From sequence record CM128224.1: DNA of 32,000 bases. One strand, 5' to 3'. Positions 29,065 through 32,000 of this stretch are shown piece by piece. The position numbers and the translations under genes were made by a program. Positions within the stretch are counted from its first letter, which is position 1, and each line of letters begins with the position of its first letter. The notes below the pieces were generated by a model. It had not been told where the DNA came from, ran no database searches, and saw only the letters and a program-made list of their open reading frames with translations.

Positions 29065-32000
29065 ATGAATTTAAAAACAAATTTAAAAATGTTTAATCAA
29101 AATGATATTTTTTTAAATCAAGAGTTACCTTTACGAATAAGTGATACTTCTGTTAATGATGTATTAAAAAATCATTCTATAATTATTGATGAAACTGTAA
29201 ACTTATTACTCGATTTTTATATAAAAACAAAACAAAAAAAACAAAAAATTAATGTTTTGTCAACATTGCCTAATTTAATAAATATACAACAATTAAGTTT
29301 TAAGCAATTTTTAGAGATTGGTTTAATATCCGCAATTGAAAGTCAAAACCCTTTAAAAATAAAAAATACACTTTATTCATTTGAGGTTTTTTATTTAAGT
29401 AAATACTTACAATTTAAAAAACCAGAAAAAAATATAACAGAAACTATAAATTTAAATAAAACTTACGGATGCCCTATTTATTTACCAATATTACTCAAAT
29501 CTAATAGTCAATCTAAAGCTATTTTTGAATGGATCTATTTAGGGTTTTTACCGTTTATGACAAAACCTGGGCATTTTTTAATTAATGGAATTCCACGAGT
29601 TGCGTTAAATCAATTAGTACGTACTCCTGGTATTTATAAGTTAATTGAAAATAAACGTACAACTAAAGGAATAAAAGCAATCCCTTACATACGCATAGTT
29701 CCTGATAAAGGTAGTTGGCTAAACATTAGTTTTGATTCTAAAAATCGATTATGGATTACAACAAAAATTTTTAGAAAAAAAATATCTATGTTAGTATTTT
29801 TACAAGCTTTAGGTATTGATATTCATACTATTTTTAATACTATTGGTCATTCGGAAATTTTACTATCAAGTATTGTTCCTCCTGTAAAATCATTAAATAG
29901 TGAAAGACTTACACGGCATGATGCCATTTTAATTGATGCTGGTTTAATATCTCATCCTGTAACTCAAGTAGAAGCTTGCAAATATTTATATTCTCATTTT
30001 ATGGAATATCGATCACCTGCAAACAAACAGCGGCAACCTATAACTGAAAAAAAAGCACTTCTTTTTTTTCAGCAAGTAGTTTGGAATTCAGAGAATAAGT
30101 ATCTAGGTATTTCTGGTCGTGATCAATTTCTAAAAAAATTAGGAACTACAGGTTCTGCTTTTAATCAAATACAATTAACAAAACAAGATTTTATTTTAAT
30201 TACGCAAACAATAATTAATATTTTATACGGTGAAGAAACAATAGATGATATAGATAATTTAAATAATAAAAAAATTAGAGGTTGTGGAGACTTTTTATAT
30301 CAAGAATTAGCTCGTGGACTTAATGAATTTGAGACTTTACTTGATAAAAAATTTAAAAATTTTTCATTACCGCGTAAAAAGAAAAAAGTAAAATCTGGCG
30401 TTTTAAAAAAACAAAAAAAAGTAATAAAAACAACTAGTTCTCACACTAAATCCTCACTTTTATTAAAAAATAAGAAAAAACTGAAATTAAATAAAAAAAA
30501 TAAAATAACCCTTGTTGCTAGTTTTTGGCAAAGTAATAGAACTATTTTATCAAAATATGTTACAAGAGCTTGGCGAAGTTTCTTTTTGGGAGGAACTTTA
30601 TCACAATATTTAGATGAAACAAATCCTTTAGCAGAAATCACACATAAAAGACGTATAACATTATTAGGGCCTGGGGGGGTAAATAGTAAACAAACTACAA
30701 TAAAAATTAGAGGAATTCACCCGACTTACTATGGGAGACTTTGCCCAATAGAAACACCTGAAGGTCAAAATGCAGGATTGGTGCATTCACTTACAGTTTT
30801 TGGGCATAAAGCTTCTAATGGTACTATTTTAACTCCTTATTATAAAGTATATAAAGGACAAACCCAAAATAAACTTAATGTTATTTTTTTAAACCCAGAA
30901 AAAGAATCTTCACATGTTTTAGTTCCTTCAGATGTCCTAATTTCAAAATGGGGACGTTTGCCAAAAATGAGCCTTCCCGCTCGAAAGAACTGGGATTTTG
31001 ATTATGCCAAATTAGATCAAATTACAACCCAATCTATTTCAATTTTACAAATGATTTCGTTAGCAACGAGTCTTATTCCGTTTTTAGAACACGATGATGC
31101 AAACCGTGCTCTTATGGGATCAAATATGCAACGACAGGCAGTTCCTTTATTAAAACCCGAAGTTGCCCTTGTTAAAACTAGTTTAGAGCCGAGAGTTGTA
31201 TCAGATATTAATCATATTATACAAACAAGAGAGAGTGGGTTTATTACACAAGTAGTTTCAAATTCAATTCAATTATATAAACCAAAAACTTTAAAATATT
31301 TTTTTATTGATATTGGAGAATTTACAAGAAACTTAAAAAAAGTAAATATAAAATATAATACAATTTTTATTGCAAATAATTTATTATTTCCTAATGCATT
31401 AAATTTTTATTATTTACATTTCCCATTAAACAAAAATTTGTTAAAGTTTCAAAAAAGGAATAAAAATAATTTTCTTTCAAATTTCATTAATTCTAATCAA
31501 TTTACTTCTTATAGTAAAACAATAAAAAAAAATAAAATCAGTTTAAATAATTTAAAAAATAATTTAAACACAAAAGATTTTTTTCTAAGTGCAGGGAATT
31601 TTTTATTAATTAAAGAAAAGGTAAATCAAAATAAGCCCAAACCACTTTTTTTAAATAATAAAAGGAAAAAAATAGACTATAAACTTTTCCACTTAAATTT
31701 ATATAAACGCGGCAACCAAAGCACATGTACTCTTCAACGACCAATTGTTGCAGAAACTGATTGGGTAGAAAAATCAACTGTTTTGGCAGACGGTGGAGCG
31801 AGTGATAAAGGAAAATTAGCGATAGGGAAAAATGTTTTTATAGCTTACTTACCATGGGAAGGTTATAATTTTGAAGATGCTGTTTTAATAAGCGAAAATT
31901 TAGTATCTCAAGATATATTTACATCTCTTCATCTTGATTATTATCAAGTGGAGGTTCAGAAAACAGCAGCAGGGTTAGAAACAATAACAAACGATATACC
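29065..32000 (+). CDS. rpoB: RNA polymerase beta subunit, 3' end beyond the window; absent from the ORF track
   Basis: I translated most of this frame by hand (about 29065-29640 and 30361-32000) and found no stop. The stretch of about 29650-30360 was not translated, so the count of 978 open codons is inferred from the frame agreeing at both ends and from the ORF track's stop-bounded behaviour. An in-frame TAA lies at 29050. Conserved blocks are LPNLINIQQLSFKQFLE, GHFLINGIPRVALNQLVRTPGIY, ITHKRRITLLGPGG, IHPTYYGRLCPIETPEGQNAGLV, FLEHDDANRALMGSNMQRQAVP, YKRGNQSTC and PWEGYNFEDAVLIS. Confidence 0.95.
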   Translation, partial: MNLKTNLKMFNQNDIFLNQELPLRISDTSVNDVLKNHSIIIDETVNLLLDFYIKTKQKKQKINVLSTLPNLINIQQLSFKQFLEIGLISAIESQNPLKIKNTLYSFEVFYLSKYLQFKKPEKNITETINLNKTYGCPIYLPILLKSNSQSKAIFEWIYLGFLPFMTKPGHFLINGIPRVALNQLVRTPGIYKLIENKRTTKGIKAIPYIRIVPDKGSWLNISFDSKNRLWITTKIFRKKISMLVFLQALGIDIHTIFNTIGHSEILLSSIVPPVKSLNSERLTRHDAILIDAGLISHPVTQVEACKYLYSHFMEYRSPANKQRQPITEKKALLFFQQVVWNSENKYLGISGRDQFLKKLGTTGSAFNQIQLTKQDFILITQTIINILYGEETIDDIDNLNNKKIRGCGDFLYQELARGLNEFETLLDKKFKNFSLPRKKKKVKSGVLKKQKKVIKTTSSHTKSSLLLKNKKKLKLNKKNKITLVASFWQSNRTILSKYVTRAWRSFFLGGTLSQYLDETNPLAEITHKRRITLLGPGGVNSKQTTIKIRGIHPTYYGRLCPIETPEGQNAGLVHSLTVFGHKASNGTILTPYYKVYKGQTQNKLNVIFLNPEKESSHVLVPSDVLISKWGRLPKMSLPARKNWDFDYAKLDQITTQSISILQMISLATSLIPFLEHDDANRALMGSNMQRQAVPLLKPEVALVKTSLEPRVVSDINHIIQTRESGFITQVVSNSIQLYKPKTLKYFFIDIGEFTRNLKKVNIKYNTIFIANNLLFPNALNFYYLHFPLNKNLLKFQKRNKNNFLSNFINSNQFTSYSKTIKKNKISLNNLKNNLNTKDFFLSAGNFLLIKEKVNQNKPKPLFLNNKRKKIDYKLFHLNLYKRGNQSTCTLQRPIVAETDWVEKSTVLADGGASDKGKLAIGKNVFIAYLPWEGYNFEDAVLISENLVSQDIFTSLHLDYYQVEVQKTAAGLETITNDI

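Noticed and set aside
30441-30641. 66-aa minus-strand ORF, the only track entry after 28367
   Set aside because: It is antisense to the K-rich expansion of rpoB. The plus strand carries the real gene here.

Overview
This window is an AT-rich, gene-dense, intron-free stretch of a green-algal (chlorophyte-type) plastid genome. I can support 39 protein genes, 9 tRNA genes and one candidate small RNA. There are no rRNA genes, CRISPR arrays or mobile elements.

Gene order:
- 1-11.1 kb (+): rps7 (5' truncated), tufA, rpl19, ycf4, cemA, then the ribosomal-protein supercluster rpl23-rpl2-rps19-rps3-rpl16-rpl14-rpl5-rps8-infA-rpl36-rps11-rpoA-rps9-rpl12. There is no rpl22 between rps19 and rps3.
- 11.1-11.3 kb: trnR(CCG) (+) and trnS(GCU) (-).
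- 11.4-15.3 kb (-): psbC, psbD, petG, petL, petA.
- 15.6-22.2 kb (+): chlI, trnR(UCU), psbI, ycf3, trnT(UGU), rps2-atpI-atpH-atpF-atpA.
- 22.2-22.9 kb: trnM, trnD, a trnI(CAU)-like tRNA, and trnL(UAG) (-).
- 22.9-28.4 kb: rbcL (-), rps14 (+), psbA (-), clpP, petB, petD (+).
- 28.4-32.0 kb (+): candidate SRP RNA, trnC(GCA), and rpoB, which runs off the 3' edge.

Five genes are absent from the supplied ORF track. rpl36, petG, petL and psbI are under 60 codons. rpoB has no stop codon inside the window.

This is mostly ordinary plastome. The points worth a second look are:
1. An unannotated hairpin in the petD-trnC spacer with the AGG/GNRA/AGCA core of bacterial 4.5S (SRP) RNA domain IV, a candidate plastid ffs.
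2. A trnI(CAU)-like tRNA of 85 nt with a 16-nt variable region.
3. An rpoA that ends right after the alpha N-terminal domain.
4. Large in-frame K/N-rich expansions in rpoB.
5. Long, perfect, gene-specific AT-rich hairpins that punctuate the genes and often abut tRNA 5' ends.

Coordinates I derived by hand may be off by 1, especially between about 22170 and 23040.
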